DNA of 64,000 nucleotides from Albugo candida (Eukaryota): NCBI GenBank assembly GCA_040437565.1, contig JBDOQK010000055.1, positions 62,001 to 126,000 of the forward strand, read 5' to 3'. Shown piece by piece: positions 60,465 to 64,000 of this stretch (position 1 is its first letter; each line of letters starts with the position of its first letter). The notes under the pieces were generated by a model. It saw only the letters and a program-made list of their open reading frames with translations, ran no database searches and was not told where the DNA came from. The position numbers and the translations under genes were made by a program.

Positions 60465-63400
60465 ACTTCGTGCATGGTTGGGACGTGGGTTGCATATTTC
60501 TCCTTTTCCTGATTGTTTGATATAGATATCTGTGATCTGTGAAAACACTTCGATTATTTTTTCTTGTCATTGCCTGGCGCGCATCGCTAGCACGTATTGA
60601 ATGCAATATTCGTATAGTCTGCAATTATCATAATCTCATTACCGCGCTATGAAAGTGAAGTATCCTCTACAATACACGACAGTGCCTTTATCTATCCCAC
60701 CCGTACGCTGTCGTATTGTGCGCTGTTAGGAGCACCATGTAAAAATGTGATCAGTGGACCATCACTCCAAAGCAACCAATCTATCCGCATGCATTCGCAT
60801 TTCGTTTTCAGGATAAAATAACTTGGAATTCAAATGCACAAACAATCGTATCATCAATCCGAAACATAGTTACAAAGCAGCTAGCTTGGCTTACTTCTTG
60901 ATTAACAGATTTCGACTCAGCGGACAGACTTCCACGTATCGCAGAACTGCTTAAAGTTTTGAGCTTACAGGCTACGCCACGAGACTAGTGCAGTCTCGTT
61001 TGGTACAATGTATGCATTGCTTGACGACATGGTGGTCGTGACTGCGCGAATAAGATAAAGATTATTTGCATTCTGTGATGACGGTTTATATTGCGTAAGA
61101 TACTACCCTACCTATTTAAGCTAATAGCATCATAGGAAGTGATGAATGCACGGACGAAATGACTACTGTCGCTCTCAAGGCTATCTCCAGCTTAGAACAA
61201 CCGGTACATAGCAAATGAGACGACTAAAATTGATGAAAAAAGCGCTCGCTGAGTAGGCTAAGTAAAAAAGCATCAGTGAAGCCTTTTCACACACGACTAT
61301 CAAGGTCCTCTACCCAGCGCTAATGAGACAGACCACGTGAACTTGAAATAGTCTGTCTGTGTACTTGGATTACCCATTTTAATGGTGAAGAAGCTCGCTT
61401 TGCCTCCAGAAGTATCAATAAGGTGGTAGTCATAAATGAGGTCAATTTGTGATGGAAGCTCGTGCAATGCGACCGAAACTCAAGTCAAGGTTCGGAATTA
61501 CTCGATGTCGTATTCCACGTTTCTCAAAATAACCCAATAAAAATGTAGATTTCGGTATCATATATCTCTACGGGCGTGAGAAACTCAGGTCATCAAGCAT
61601 TGTATTTCGTGGTATTTTTTCCGTGTAAAAATATCATCCGTGTCATGATCGAGGCTTCATATAGAAAGAGTAAGCATGATGATAAAAGTTTTACTTGAAC
61701 CTGAGATCCACTTGCATACGAGGTTGACCATTCGTTTACTTCAAGCGGAATTTCATTGCACGGTGTAAACGATACAACCAGAGGTCATGTCGCTATCTTG
61801 TTTATCCGTTGACGCTGTCGTGTCTTTGGAACCGTATCAAGCTATTTCGAATAAATGCAATGACTATGAGCGTCAAAGGCTAACCTTAAAAGTCGGACCC
61901 ACAGTTCAAGNNNNNNNNNNNNNNNNNNNNNNNNNNNNNNNNNNNNNNNNNNNNNNNNNNNNNNNNNNNNNNNNNNNNNNNNNNNNNNNNNNNNNNNNNN
62001 NNNNNNNNNNCGGACCCACAGTTCAAGCCTATATATATCACCTCAAAACCTGATACATATTGATTTCATTTGGTGCTTCGACACATAAGAACCAGAGCGA
62101 ATAGATAGGGCTTGCGCGGGACCCACCAACATCGAGGCTAGTATGTGAAATAGAATGACGATGCTACGCAGCAAAATCGTTGAGTACAGGTTATAGAATC
62201 GATGAATACAGAAAATATGACGCAAACAGAGAGCGTGTTTGGTGACGTTACACAGCTAATCAGTCCCGAAGCGCTTCATGGTAAACATTTTTCTTATTTT
62301 GCTCTAGTCTGCTAATAGATCGTTCCATGTCTGTTCGACCGTGTACTTCAAGTTTTCTGAAGATATTAAGATGGCATTTACATTATTCTGCCCACATAGT
62401 CTTACCGCACGTCATCCAGATTACGTCAGGGCAACACTTCACCGATATTGACGAAGTATCGGTGGCTCTTAGACAAAACTGACAGCTGAAAGAAGCTGAT
62501 ATGTCAGCGACGACAATAAATGAGTGCAGTCACGATCATTATGATCTATTTGCACAATTAGTAAGAAATTGCACGGAGGCTTGGTGCCGAAGCCATTAAG
62601 TGTTCTGGGACTAAGCGTGCGATGCTCAATTGAATGAATGAGCTGCGAAATCAGCGTGGCTTTCACCTTCACCAAGGTGATGCTGAACGAATATGTAGGG
62701 ACTAGCTAGTATTAGACCAAGACTGAATGATTGACCTCGTAGCTGATTTTGTCTAAGACTCGAACAAGATCTGACTTCTCGACGCTGACCGAGTAGCTGT
62801 TTAAGCTGGCAAGAAATCGTCAGAGATGTTGCGGAACCTTAGAGTCTTAAAAGTGTACAATGCGCACCAAAAAATGCATATGACGCGCTTTATAATTTGG
62901 TTTTTGCCTGTGCTAATCTATGTCGATCCAATTTTGTATTTTGGCTGATCTGGACTCGTGCTTGTACGGGACGTGGTGAGCTGACGTATGATTCAACAAA
63001 AAAAAGGCTTATAGATCTTCAGGCGCGTGATGATACGCCAATTGTCATGTTCAGGCACACAATTGTGACTTGGCAACGCAAAAGCGCTATTGAGAACCAT
63101 CGTAAAATAGCGATATCAACCAATTGATTTTATGTCGAGACGTAAAAAGCTCGAAGTTTTGCGTCGGCAACAAGACTTTTGGTTGCAATTTAGTATCTGT
63201 ATAGCACATTTCACGCCAAAACGTTACACAACAAGCATCTTATCAATAAAGACGCTCCTCCCGAGTCTCGGCACGCACGTCAATGGTGAAAATACGCTCA
63301 CGTATTGCTTCATGCGGTCTTCAATGGCCGAATTCTGCTTCAAAGGTGAATGCGTCTCAAACGTCCAAGTATTGAAGTGTGAGAGACTTTTACGTGAGAG

Positions 63401-64000
63401 ATGATCTCCAGCAGCTTCTGGCAACTCTATGTATCATAATTTCAACTCCCATTGTGATCATGCGTGACATTTCTTTGATGAATTGGCTGAGACAGGTAGG
63501 ACAATATGTGAAAACTGCGGGCATGGGTAAAATGTGAGCCCAATAATGCTTTTGCGCGTCAACGACGGAGACAGAATATCAAGGCTATAGCATGATAGGA
63601 ACTGACACTCTATTCTTAGCAGGCGAAGACGGATCTGAATGATTCAAGATCGGCGAGTGCATGTCACAAATCCTCAGCACAACTTCTTGCCTGTAAGTAG
63701 AAAAAAGAGTCCACTACAAGAAATGACTTGAATCGGCACTACTTGATAAACAAAACATCTTAAATTACCCGAAGGCGTTTTGCAAATGGTATACACAGTC
63801 AGAGTCTTGTGATACCATTCCGAGACTACACACAGAACGACGCTTTCAGAATTTCTCTATCATGTTACTCGAGGTTTCCGCGCCAAACAATATGCCGCAA
63901 TGTACTGACTCATATGCCAATGCGATTGTGAAAGATCAAAATTAAAAGCCTTTTTCTTTGTTACCTAAAATTACAAACTATCTAATCCAACGGCAGTCCA

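Overview
Eukaryotic, oomycete-type DNA: ~45-55 nt GT-AG introns, oomycete Inr/FPR core promoters and a flagellar kinesin-II accessory gene. The compact layout is compatible with an Albugo-like biotroph (inference only). Two gene-dense blocks alternate with gene-sparse tracts. Block 1 (1-11 kb) holds an ankyrin protein, an ABCB half-transporter with a voltage-sensor-like N-terminus, an MFS / homocysteine S-methyltransferase / MFS trio and RRP42. Block 2 (34-49.5 kb) holds a TFIIS-M protein, KAP3, a WD40 protein and a PA-ankyrin protein. The sparse tracts (11.3-34 kb, 49.5-64 kb) carry seven members (5 intact, 2 disrupted) of a family of ~150-aa single-exon secreted proteins. These share a 4-Cys scaffold, a C-terminal (K/Q)-(V/A)-x-(F/L)-(Y/F)-h-h-(S/A)-x-C motif and conserved promoter DNA, but have very divergent mature regions and no RXLR/CHXC/CCG motif, so they are a candidate undescribed effector family. 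Also present: a CAND1 pseudogene and a decayed Mutator (MULE) element with TIRs and a 9-bp TSD, which carries a nested solo LTR and a captured GT71 mannosyltransferase fragment. Many 100-N gaps have duplicated flanks (assembly artefacts), and the 50-56 kb contigs appear mis-ordered.
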